Assembly (NCBI GenBank): GCA_903872345.1
Contig: CAIQKM010000157.1
Coordinates: 10,755-74,754, forward strand
Reading direction: 5' to 3'
Source of the DNA: an uncultured Verrucomicrobia subdivision 3 bacterium
Lineage (GTDB): Bacteria > Verrucomicrobiota > Verrucomicrobiia > Limisphaerales > UBA11358
DNA: 64,000 bases
This document shows positions 19,169-28,146 of the stretch, piece by piece. The translations under genes were made by a program, and so were the position numbers. The notes below the pieces were generated by a model, which saw only the letters and a program-made list of their open reading frames with translations, was not told the origin of the DNA and made no database searches. Each line of letters begins with the position of its first letter. Position 1 is the stretch's first letter.

Positions 19169-22060
19169 TCAGGGCACGGACGGACGCGGGGTGCTCGGCT
19201 GCGTAATGATATTGACGATGGCGGTCGCCAATCCATCCGCACTAGCCGTCAGGCTGACGGTTCCCGCCTGCTTATCCGCTTGTACAATCACCTGCGCCAG
19301 ACCGTTGAACGCGCTGCGTTTCCAGCCGGCCGAGGCCGGGGTCGCCGGAAATTCCACGCTGACACCGCCGCAGAGGCCGCCGGAATCCGCCTTGCCGTTT
19401 ACCAGCACGGCCACGGTGTTGACGCCCGCGTGAACAAAGGGCCGCACATTAAATGCGGGTGACGCGGCGGGATCGTGCGACTCCCCGGCGAGTTTGCCAT
19501 TCACATATACCGAGCCGTCATCCTTGATGGCGCCGAAGCGGACGGTGATATTGGTGGCGGCCAGATCGGCGGCGGGAACGAACAGGTGGGCGCGAAAAAT
19601 GCCCGATTCGCCGGCGGCAAGCATGCCGGAACCGCCCTGGACATCCACCTTGTCGAGCCGGGTTTCATTGAATTTTTCGGCCAGTTCCGGGTGGTCCGCC
19701 CGGGCGGAAACCGTTTTCATCCACCATTCGTTCATGGTCCCGCAGCGGAGCGCCGGTTGGGGGAAATAGACATCGGGTTCATGGCAGCTCGGGTCGCCGT
19801 TGCCAACGCCGATGATTTTTCCGGGGCCGCTCAAGGCGAAATGAACCAGATTGCCGGCGGTTGGCACGGTCCGGCCCTGGGCATCGGCGATGGCGACGGT
19901 GATGATGCTCAAGTCCTCGCCATCGGCATGAATGGTGGAGCGGTCGGGCAGGAGCCGGACGGTGGCGGGGGTGCCGGTGGTTTCGACCCGGGTTTCGGCC
20001 GTCAGCTTGCCATCAGTATAACCTTTGGCGCTCAAAACACCGGGCGCATATTTGACCGGCCACTGGAGATGCGAATTTCGCTTCATCGTCTGCCGGCCCA
20101 GGCTTTGGCCGTTGAGGAACAGTTCGACCTCCTGACAGTTGCTGTCGCACCACACATCAATGTTCCGGCCTTCCTGGCCGGGCCAGTTCCAGTGCGGCAG
20201 CAGGTGCAGCACGGGCCGGGCGGTCCACCAGGCCTGGTAGTAATAGAAATTATCCTTGGGAAAACCGCAAGTGTCCACGATGCCGAAATGGGAGTTGATG
20301 CAGGGCCAGGAATAGGGGGTGGGTTCGCCGCGATAGTCAAAACCGGTCCAGACAAAGCCGCCGCTCAGCCAGGGGCGTTCGGCAAAAAAGGTCCACCAGC
20401 CCTCGGCCTTCTGGGTGGCGCCGGGATTGTCATCGTAGGCGCTGACATAACCGTGTTCGGGGTCTTTGGCATAGATGCCGCGCGTGCCAACGGTGCTGGC
20501 CTGTTCGGTGCCGACACTCGGTTGCGCCGGGTGTTTGCGGTGGTAATCGTCGGTGCCGGGACCCAAGTGATAATTCCAGCCGCGCACATCCACGACGCCG
20601 TCAATGCCGGTGAAGACATCGCCCAGGGAGACGGCACTGGTCACGGTGCGCGTCGGGTCGAGCCGATGAATCTCGCGCTGCATGGTTTCGGCGATGCGGC
20701 CGGAGGCGGGCGAGGCTTGAACATGTTCCTCATTGGCGATGGACCACATGAAGACGCAGGCATGGTTGCGGTCCCGCCGGATCTGGCCGGCGAGCAGCGC
20801 CAGGTTTTCCTCGTCGCTCCCGAGGATGCGGTTTTCATCCATCACCAACATGCCCAGGCGGTCGCAGGCTTCAAGCAGTTCGGGGGTGGGGGCGTTGTGG
20901 GAGGTGCGGTAGGCGTTGCAGCCAAATTCCTTCAGCCGGGCGATGCGAAAATACTGCAAGGCGTCGGGCAGGGCCGCGCCAACGCCGGCATGATCCTGAT
21001 GGTTGCAGGTGCCGTAGATGGGGTAGGGCTGGCCATTGAGGAAAAAACCTTTGTCGGCATCAAAGGCAAACGTGCGGATGCCGAATTCGGTTTCCTGACG
21101 GTCCACGACCCGGCCATCGGCCGTCACCGTGGTGACGAGTTTGTAGAGCTGGGGGGATTCCGGCGACCAGAGGACGGGGCGGGTGATGGCCGTGCTGGAC
21201 TTGGCTTCTTCCTTGGAGAAAGGTTTGATGGTCACGTTTTGGCCGAAGCGGGCGACCGATTCGCCGGCGGGGTTGAAGATTTCCTGGGCGACGGTGGTGA
21301 CCGTGTCGTTGGTCTGCCAATTGGCCACCTGGGTTTTGACCTCGACACTTGCCCGGTCACCGGGAACGTTGTTGGCAAACCTGGCCATGACAAAAATGCC
21401 GTCCGGAGCGATGGCGACGGGGGCGGTTTTTTCCAGCCAGGCATGGCGGTAGATGCCGGCGCCTTCGTAAAACCAGCCTTCAAATTTGGCGGCGTCCACG
21501 CGGACGGCGACGACGTTTTCGCCGCCGCAGTTGGCCACGTCGGTGATGTCGTAGCGGAAGCTGTCGTAGCCGCTTTCGTGGCGGCCAAGGCGGAAGCCGT
21601 TGACGAAGACGAGGCAGTCCCGGTACACGCCGTCAAACTCCAGCCAGAGGCGCCGGTCGGCGTCGGTTGGGGCGAGGGTAAAGGTGCGGCGATACCAGCC
21701 AATGCTGTTTTCCGGATAGTTTTTGCCCACGGGCTTGAAACCGTGGCTGCGGTCGGACTTGGCGTCGAAAGGCAGTTCCACCACCCAGTCGTGGGGCAGA
21801 TTTACCGGGCGCAGGGCGGCGTCGCAGAAGGTGGCATCGGCCGGCCCGGTGCTGATCCCGGCTTTCATGAGGTTTTCGGCGGTGCCCCAATCATCCCCCA
21901 AATAGAATTTCCAGCCTTGATCGAGGAGCAGCTTTTCGCGGGGCGGTTCCGCCGCCGCCATGGTCAGGGTCGTGGCGAGGATGACACTGGCGGCGAGCAC
22001 CAGGGATTTGCGCCCCCAAAAGGCGGACAGGACGGTGGAGGAATGCCGGCAGGTAAACAT
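19169..22060 (-). CDS. GH2 glycoside hydrolase (beta-galactosidase-type) with C-terminal accessory domains
   Basis: [72 protein letters not shown] and WSIANEE follow the GH2 sugar-binding / Ig / TIM-barrel order. Confidence 0.9.
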   Translation of the reverse strand: MFTCRHSSTVLSAFWGRKSLVLAASVILATTLTMAAAEPPREKLLLDQGWKFYLGDDWGTAENLMKAGISTGPADATFCDAALRPVNLPHDWVVELPFDAKSDRSHGFKPVGKNYPENSIGWYRRTFTLAPTDADRRLWLEFDGVYRDCLVFVNGFRLGRHESGYDSFRYDITDVANCGGENVVAVRVDAAKFEGWFYEGAGIYRHAWLEKTAPVAIAPDGIFVMARFANNVPGDRASVEVKTQVANWQTNDTVTTVAQEIFNPAGESVARFGQNVTIKPFSKEEAKSSTAITRPVLWSPESPQLYKLVTTVTADGRVVDRQETEFGIRTFAFDADKGFFLNGQPYPIYGTCNHQDHAGVGAALPDALQYFRIARLKEFGCNAYRTSHNAPTPELLEACDRLGMLVMDENRILGSDEENLALLAGQIRRDRNHACVFMWSIANEEHVQASPASGRIAETMQREIHRLDPTRTVTSAVSLGDVFTGIDGVVDVRGWNYHLGPGTDDYHRKHPAQPSVGTEQASTVGTRGIYAKDPEHGYVSAYDDNPGATQKAEGWWTFFAERPWLSGGFVWTGFDYRGEPTPYSWPCINSHFGIVDTCGFPKDNFYYYQAWWTARPVLHLLPHWNWPGQEGRNIDVWCDSNCQEVELFLNGQSLGRQTMKRNSHLQWPVKYAPGVLSAKGYTDGKLTAETRVETTGTPATVRLLPDRSTIHADGEDLSIITVAIADAQGRTVPTAGNLVHFALSGPGKIIGVGNGDPSCHEPDVYFPQPALRCGTMNEWWMKTVSARADHPELAEKFNETRLDKVDVQGGSGMLAAGESGIFRAHLFVPAADLAATNITVRFGAIKDDGSVYVNGKLAGESHDPAASPAFNVRPFVHAGVNTVAVLVNGKADSGGLCGGVSVEFPATPASAGWKRSAFNGLAQVIVQADKQAGTVSLTASADGLATAIVNIITQPSTPRPSVP

Positions 22061-22134
22061 ATAAGTGGATTTGCGTCAGTTTAGAAAGTTGGCGGTTGCT
22101 GGCCAGTATAATCAAACGCGGAGAAAGCGCGCCT

Positions 22135-22152
22135 GCCCGAACGGGCGATTGT
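22135..22152 (+). promoter_or_regulatory. 18-nt box gcccgaacgggcgattgt, copy 1 (candidate operator/promoter element)
   Basis: An exact 18-mer also occurs at 23360..23377. This copy lies in the divergent intergenic region between the GH2-kinase-regulator operon and the pseudopilin-like gene at 22270. Confidence 0.35.
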
Positions 22153-22269
22153 CAGTCCGGGTGCGGGATATATGATGAGTTCAAATCTCCACCCCAACCG
22201 GTCAGCGCGCAAAAGCCATTGGCTGCAATGATCCGGCGCCGGGTGGAACTGTCGCATACGAATGTTTCT

Positions 22270-23193
22270 ATGAATATCCGCCGCCATAATAATACCAAGG
22301 TTTCCGGGTTCACCCTCATCGAATTGCTGGTGGTGATCGCCATCATCGCGATCCTGGCCGCCATGCTGCTGCCCGCCCTGGCCTCGGCCAAGCGCAAGGC
22401 GACCATTACGACCTGCCTGAACAATCAGAAACAGCTCAGCCTGTCCTGGCGAATGTATGCGGACGACAATAACGACGGCCTCGTGGGGGCCAACTGCGAG
22501 GCGGGCACGGACTGGCGCATTTCCCCGGCGGGCAACGGTTTTTTGATGCCGACGATTCCGGCGGGAATACCCACGCCGTCGTCGTCCCGGCTCAATCAAT
22601 ATCTGGATGAGCAGGGTTTTCGCCAGGGCGGCTTATTCCGGTATTGCAACAATCCGGATCTGTTGCATTGCCCGGCGGACAACCGTTACCAGACCGGCAA
22701 CTTTGCCTTCGACAGCTATTCGATGGTCAACGGCCTGAATGGATCGGCGACGGCGAATACTTTTCCGCAGCCAACCCTGACCAAGGAGACGGCGATTCGC
22801 AGCCCGAGCGGCAAATTCATCTGGGTGGAAGAGAATGATCCGCGCCAGCAATCCGCCGGCTCCTATACGGTGTACGAAAACCAGAATTCCTGGACGCTGG
22901 GGATCACCGGCAGCACGTATCCGGGTAACTGGTCGAGCCTGACCTGGTATGACGGGCCGGCGGCGTATCATCAGACCAGCGCGACCTTCAGCTTTGTGGA
23001 CGGGCACGCGGAAAACCACCGGTGGCTGGACGCGGGCACCATCAAACTGGGCAACTCCATCAACAAACCGTCGGATTGCCAGAATACGGGGGTGACGAGC
23101 GGCTCGTTTGCGACGAGTCCGCATGATTTGCCCTGGGTGGCGGACGGCTATGCTTTCCCGGCTTTTGGCAACAATCCCGGAAACAATAATTAA
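22270..23193 (+). CDS. Prepilin-type N-terminal cleavage/methylation domain protein, H-X9-DG family
   Basis: The ATG at 22270 lies inside ORF 22096..23193. The N-terminus is [40 protein letters not shown] is an exact H-X9-DG. Confidence 0.9.
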   Translation: MNIRRHNNTKVSGFTLIELLVVIAIIAILAAMLLPALASAKRKATITTCLNNQKQLSLSWRMYADDNNDGLVGANCEAGTDWRISPAGNGFLMPTIPAGIPTPSSSRLNQYLDEQGFRQGGLFRYCNNPDLLHCPADNRYQTGNFAFDSYSMVNGLNGSATANTFPQPTLTKETAIRSPSGKFIWVEENDPRQQSAGSYTVYENQNSWTLGITGSTYPGNWSSLTWYDGPAAYHQTSATFSFVDGHAENHRWLDAGTIKLGNSINKPSDCQNTGVTSGSFATSPHDLPWVADGYAFPAFGNNPGNNN

Positions 23194-23217
23194 CCGGAAA
23201 GCGGGAAAAATTATGAC

Positions 23218-23250
23218 CGGCCGCAGCCACCCGCTGCGGCCGTTTCTTTT
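23218..23250 (+). terminator. Rho-independent terminator after the pseudopilin-like gene
   Basis: A perfect 10 bp GC stem pairs cggccgcagc (23218..23227) with gctgcggccg (23233..23242). The loop is caccc, followed directly by tttctttt. Confidence 0.7.
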
Positions 23251-23359
23251 GCGGGCGGTGATATTAAACCGGAACCGCCCGGGGCAACCACCGATGGAGG
23301 AAGCGCCCCCAATCTTGTTTCGCTTGTACGGAATTAAGGTGGCGGCGATGCGGGTTGCC

Positions 23360-23377
23360 GCCCGAACGGGCGATTGT
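23360..23377 (+). promoter_or_regulatory. 18-nt box gcccgaacgggcgattgt, copy 2
   Basis: This is an exact repeat of 22135..22152. It lies downstream of the terminator at 23218..23250 and ~175 nt upstream of the giant PATR gene start (23551). Confidence 0.35.
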
Positions 23378-23550
23378 TGGAAACCGTCAAACCAGTCAGG
23401 ATGGGTTATCCCAAAGAATATGACTGTCCCCATATTGCCAGCGTCATTGGCGTGGAAGCAGACGCTTTTCATGAGTGATGACGGTGTGTCAGGCGGCGGG
23501 CGGGCAATCGATCTTTGCACAAATCCCCAACAACCCAACGTCGAGATCCT

Positions 23551-26500
23551 ATGAGTAATGTCATGATAAAATCCCCAACCTGGGCGGTGCTGGCCGCCGG
23601 TCTGCTGGCTGCCCACCTGGCTTCGGCCCAGACGGAGAGCTGGAATGGCAGCGTCAATCAAAACTGGTCCACGGCCGGCAACTGGTCGGCGGTCGCGGTG
23701 CCCGGTTCGGCCACGAACGTGCTGTTCACCAACAGCGTGGGCTCGGCGGCGGCGGCCGGCGCCATTGACAACATCGTCAACAGCGGCTTTGGCGGCACCA
23801 TCGGGGCTTTGCAATATGCGAACACCAATACGAGCAACGGCGCCGGCTTCTATCACACCACGCAAATCGGCGCCGGCCAGACGCTGACGCTGACGGGCGG
23901 GCTGATAGCCGGCTCCCTGACGGACCTGGGCGGGAATGCGGTGGTCAACGCGGCCATTACCGGGGCCGGGGGCAAGCTGGTGATGAGCAACACCAGCAGC
24001 AATCTGGTGGCGAACCAGGGCAGTGGCACCAGCGGCGCCCATACCGGGATATTAAATCTGACGAATCTGGACGTATTCACCGCCACCATTGGCCGGATCA
24101 TCGTTGGCAACGCCTCCCTCGGGGTGGCGCGCGCCGAAGGGGCACTGTATCTGGCGAAGACGAACTTCATCACGCTGTCCGGCTCCGCCCCGCAAATCTA
24201 TGCGGGTTACAACAACGGCAATAACAATGGCAACAATACGTTCAGCTATATTTTTCTGGGCCAGTCAAATGTCCTTGCGGTCAACTCCATCACGATTGGC
24301 GCGGACAAGAACGCGGCGGTGATGGCGTTTAATCCGGCGATTACCAACGGCAACCCGGTGGCCGTGTTCCGCGGCGGCGGCGGCGGCACGAGCCGGGTGT
24401 CGTCCTGGACTCTGGGCAACAACTCGGCGCAGACCAGCACCGGCAGCACGAGCGTGGGGACGAATGATTTTTCGAACGGCTACCTGGATGCCATGGTGGA
24501 TTCGATGATTCTCGGGGAAAGCGAATCCGGCGCGAGCTCCGGTTCCGGGAGCGGCACGGGCATCTTCACCTTCACGGCCGGGACCAATAATGTGAACACC
24601 CTTTACGTGGGCTATCGGGTCGCCACCGGCGGCAACTGCGCGGGCATCGGCGCCATGAATGTGAACGGCACGGGCACGCTGATTGCGAACAATGCCATCT
24701 GCCTTTCATATTGGAATGGCGGCTCGGCCAACGCCTATGCCACCGGCAACTTGAACATCAATGGCGGCACGGTGCTGGCCAATACGATTACGAACGGGGT
24801 CACGGTGAGCGGAGCCAACAACACGGCCAACATCACCATCAATGGCGGCACGCTGGGCCTCACGAGCATTCTGGGCACGGCGGGCACGCTGGCGTCGCCC
24901 CTGTTGAATTTCAGCGCGGCCAATGCGGCCCTGCAATTGCAGGTGTCCGGAATCCAGACGAACATCGAGGCGGTGACGTTTAGTCCGTCCGGCCTGACCA
25001 ATCTAATCAATATCAGCTATCTGCCGCCCATCACCAGTTATCCGGTCACTTATCCGCTGATCGGCTTTCAAAACCTGGGGGGGACGCTCAATGTGGGGGT
25101 CAGCAACCTGCCGGCGGCGACGCCGGCGTATCAGGGGTATGTAACAAATGACGCCAACACGGTTTACCTGGTGCTGACCAGCGGGCCGACGCTCGGTTCG
25201 CAGGTGGACAAATGGACCGGCGCGGCGGGCGGCAACTGGGATGCGGTGACGGTCAACTGGAGCGCCTCCGGTTCGCCGGTGACCTATGCGAACGGCGCGC
25301 CGGTGCAGTTTGACGACACCGCCACGGGCGCCACGAACATCAATCTCACCACCACCCTGCTGCCGGCCAGCATCACGGCCAGCAACAGCGTGCTGCCTTA
25401 TATCCTGACCGGCACCGGCAAGATTTCCGGCGGCGCGGGCCTGACGAAGTATGGCAGTGGCACGCTGACGGTGGCGAACGCCGGGAACAATGATTTTGTC
25501 GGGAACATCACCATCAATGCCGGCGCAATCCAGTTTGGCAATGGCAGCACCAACGGGAATTTGCCGGTGACGGGAACGATCACCGACAACGGGAACCTGA
25601 TTTTCAACCACAGTAATAATACGCTCGTGCCTAACACTGTTACCGGCGGCGGCACGCTGACGCAAAATGGCAATGACGTGGTGACGCTCACGGCCTCCAA
25701 CAGTTTTAACGGCCTGGCGGTGGTGAACACGGGGATGCTGCTGGTGAACGGGGTGCTGTCGGGCGCGCTGACGAATGCGGCGGGCGCAACGGTCGGCGGC
25801 AATGGCACCAACGCGGGGGCGGCCAGCATCAGTGGCGTCATCCAGCCAAGCGCCGCCAGCGGCATGCCGGCGACATTCACGCTGGGCGGACTCGATCTGC
25901 TGGCCGGGGCGACCCCCCGGTTCATCCTGAATGGCACGGATAGCACGATGGGCAACGGAGTTAATGACCTGCTGCAGGTCAATGGGGATCTGGCGGCCAA
26001 CAATAACGCGGTGGCGCTCAACTTCATCGGCACCCCGCAGACAGGCGTGCCTTACACGCTAATCAATTACACCGGCAACCTGACCGGCAGTTTCGCAACG
26101 GCGGCGACGGGCACGCATTTCACAACGGCGGTGGACCAATCAACGCCCAATGAGATCAATGTGACCCTGAGCGGTTCGGGCGCAAACTTGAAATGGGATT
26201 CCAGCGTCAGCGCCACCTGGGATACCGGCATCAGCAGCAACTGGCTGAACGGCAGTTCGCCCGATGTGTTTTATGCCGGGGACAACGTGCTGTTGGACGA
26301 CACCGCCGGGGTGGTGACGAATATTACCATTGGGTCCGGCGTGGTGGTTTATCCAAATGTCATTACCGTGAGTTCGGCGGTCAATGATTTCAGCATAGGC
26401 GGCGGCCAGATCGGCGGGGCGGCCAGCATTCAGAAGAGCGGGGCCAGCGTCCTGGCACTGAACTCGGCGAACACGTTTACCGGGGGCGCCAATGTCACGG

Positions 26501-27972
26501 GAGGCACAGTGAGACTCGGCGCAAATGGCGCTTTGGGTACGGGACTGAGCTACTTTACCAACGGAGCGACGCTGGATTTGAACCTGCATTCCGCCAGCGG
26601 TTCCGTGGTGGTTTCCGGCGCGGGCGTGGGCGGTCAGGGCGTGATTATTAACAGCGCGGCGAGCGCCAATGGCGACCAGAATGCCTTCGGCAGCGGGGTG
26701 ACGGTTTATTTGCAGGCGGATGCAAAATTTGGTTCGGTGAACCGCTGGGACATCCGCAACGGCAGTCTGGCAAGCAATGACGGCAATCCCTGGAACCTGA
26801 CGGTGGCGGGGACAAACATGATCGCGCTGGTGAATGCCACGGTGGATGATCGCTTGGGGAATATTGACATTCAGAGCGGCACTTTTGCCATCCAGACGTC
26901 AACCCTGACGGATAGCTCATCCTGGGCGGGCAATGCCAACCACGTCATTACCGTGGAAACCAACGCCACGTTGGAGGTGGATTTCACCGGGTTTGTGGCC
27001 TTGGGGCAGACGCTGGTGTTCAATGACGGCTCGACCTTGCAAAATGACGGTTCCGCGTGCGTGCTGAACGGGCCGGTGACGTTGGCGGGCGGGAATGTGA
27101 ATGTTTTCAACACGGCGGCCACGACGGTCGAGCTGGATGGCGTGATCAGCGGTCCGGGTGGTTTCACCAAGAACAGCGCGGCTTCCATGACCTTGACGGC
27201 GGCGGACACGTACACGGGCGGCACTGCGGTCAATGCGGGCACGCTGTTTCTGACGGGTTCCGGGGCGATCACAGGCAGCACCAACATCACCATTGCCGCC
27301 GGGGCGACGGTGGATGTTTCGGCGCTGGCCACCCCGGCGATGACGCTGGGCGCGGGCCAGACTTTGCGCGGCAACGGGCTGTTGAACGGCAGCCTGGTCG
27401 TGGGGACGGGAGCAACGGTTGCGCCCGGCACCAATGCCGGTTCCATCGGTCTGCTCACGGTCACAAACAGTGTGACGCTGGGCGGCACAACCGTGATGAA
27501 GCTCAGTCATTTGCCCCTGACCAATGACGTGATCAGCGCGGCCAGCGTCACTTTCGGTGGCACGTTGAATCTGGTGGGCCTGACCGCCTTGCAGGCGGGT
27601 GACAGCTTCCAACTGTTCCCGGCGGGCGCCAGTTATTCGGGCGCGTTTGCCGCGATCGTTCCGGCCACGCCCGGTGCCGGCCTGCTCTGGAACACGAACA
27701 GTCTGGCCACCGGGATGTTGAGCGTGGTCAGCGGCGTGGTGCCGCAGCCGCACATCACCGGCATCAGCCTGACGGGCACCAGCCTGGTCATTAATGGCAC
27801 CAACGGGCTGGCGGGTGAATCCTACAATGTATTGACGACCACCAACCTGGCGCTGCCACTGGCAAACTGGACGGTGCTGCCGACCAACACGTTTACCGCC
27901 GGGAACTTCAGTCTTACCAACACGGTGAATCCCGGCGCGGCGCAAAGTTTCTACATTCTGCGCGTACCGTAA
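23551..27972 (+). CDS. Giant secreted autotransporter-associated beta-strand repeat (PATR) protein, no beta-barrel translocator, FYR-type C-terminal module
   Basis: The ATG at 23551 gives MSNVMIKSPTWAVLAAGLLAAHLASAQ. PATR units recur, for example LTKYGSGTLTVANAGNNDFVGNITINAGAIQFG, IQKSGASVLALNSANTFTGGANVTGGTVRLG and FTKNSAASMTLTAADTYTGGTAVNAGTLFLTG. The composition is G/T/N/A-rich and beta-helix-like. The tail is NPGAAQSFYILRVP. Confidence 0.9.
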   Translation: MSNVMIKSPTWAVLAAGLLAAHLASAQTESWNGSVNQNWSTAGNWSAVAVPGSATNVLFTNSVGSAAAAGAIDNIVNSGFGGTIGALQYANTNTSNGAGFYHTTQIGAGQTLTLTGGLIAGSLTDLGGNAVVNAAITGAGGKLVMSNTSSNLVANQGSGTSGAHTGILNLTNLDVFTATIGRIIVGNASLGVARAEGALYLAKTNFITLSGSAPQIYAGYNNGNNNGNNTFSYIFLGQSNVLAVNSITIGADKNAAVMAFNPAITNGNPVAVFRGGGGGTSRVSSWTLGNNSAQTSTGSTSVGTNDFSNGYLDAMVDSMILGESESGASSGSGSGTGIFTFTAGTNNVNTLYVGYRVATGGNCAGIGAMNVNGTGTLIANNAICLSYWNGGSANAYATGNLNINGGTVLANTITNGVTVSGANNTANITINGGTLGLTSILGTAGTLASPLLNFSAANAALQLQVSGIQTNIEAVTFSPSGLTNLINISYLPPITSYPVTYPLIGFQNLGGTLNVGVSNLPAATPAYQGYVTNDANTVYLVLTSGPTLGSQVDKWTGAAGGNWDAVTVNWSASGSPVTYANGAPVQFDDTATGATNINLTTTLLPASITASNSVLPYILTGTGKISGGAGLTKYGSGTLTVANAGNNDFVGNITINAGAIQFGNGSTNGNLPVTGTITDNGNLIFNHSNNTLVPNTVTGGGTLTQNGNDVVTLTASNSFNGLAVVNTGMLLVNGVLSGALTNAAGATVGGNGTNAGAASISGVIQPSAASGMPATFTLGGLDLLAGATPRFILNGTDSTMGNGVNDLLQVNGDLAANNNAVALNFIGTPQTGVPYTLINYTGNLTGSFATAATGTHFTTAVDQSTPNEINVTLSGSGANLKWDSSVSATWDTGISSNWLNGSSPDVFYAGDNVLLDDTAGVVTNITIGSGVVVYPNVITVSSAVNDFSIGGGQIGGAASIQKSGASVLALNSANTFTGGANVTGGTVRLGANGALGTGLSYFTNGATLDLNLHSASGSVVVSGAGVGGQGVIINSAASANGDQNAFGSGVTVYLQADAKFGSVNRWDIRNGSLASNDGNPWNLTVAGTNMIALVNATVDDRLGNIDIQSGTFAIQTSTLTDSSSWAGNANHVITVETNATLEVDFTGFVALGQTLVFNDGSTLQNDGSACVLNGPVTLAGGNVNVFNTAATTVELDGVISGPGGFTKNSAASMTLTAADTYTGGTAVNAGTLFLTGSGAITGSTNITIAAGATVDVSALATPAMTLGAGQTLRGNGLLNGSLVVGTGATVAPGTNAGSIGLLTVTNSVTLGGTTVMKLSHLPLTNDVISAASVTFGGTLNLVGLTALQAGDSFQLFPAGASYSGAFAAIVPATPGAGLLWNTNSLATGMLSVVSGVVPQPHITGISLTGTSLVINGTNGLAGESYNVLTTTNLALPLANWTVLPTNTFTAGNFSLTNTVNPGAAQSFYILRVP

Positions 27973-27985
27973 GCGAAGTTCGCGT

Positions 27986-28015
27986 GGCCGGTCATGGATG
28001 CAGTCCATGGCCGGC
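27986..28015 (+). terminator. Possible weak terminator hairpin after the giant PATR gene
   Basis: A 12 bp stem pairs gccggtcatgga with tccatggccggc, including one G-U pair, with the loop tgcag. The T-run (ctttttgttt) begins only ~16 nt downstream, so this is non-canonical. Confidence 0.3.
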
Positions 28016-28146
28016 GGTCTTGCCTGTCTGCTTTTTGTTTAAATACCGGTCGCGGTTCCCTGCTCCCAACGGGCGGGGAACCCGGCGGGGGAGCCGCACT
28101 TTGCCGTACCAACCAAAACCAACCATAACCCCATAGAAATCAAGCC

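Noticed and set aside
19165-19242. A longer start (19242) for the kinase, overlapping the GH2 3' end by 74 nt.
   Set aside because: The internal ATG at 19164 removes the overlap and leaves a 4-nt gap. It still precedes the N-terminal TM helix. The extension ([22 protein letters not shown]) looks non-native.
19475-22084. 869-aa plus-strand ORF opposite the GH2 gene. Comparable cases are 9905..11395, 11487..13118, 13119..14135, 14282..15211 and 16279..17700.
   Set aside because: These show the same antisense-frame artefact. The GH2, esterase, GH92, GH20-like and kinase motifs on the other strand explain the open frames.
23551-27972. Calling the PATR giants classical type V autotransporters.
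   Set aside because: None of the three has a C-terminal beta-barrel translocator of ~250-300 aa ending in an aromatic residue. They end instead in the short FYR module, so I made only the repeat-family call.
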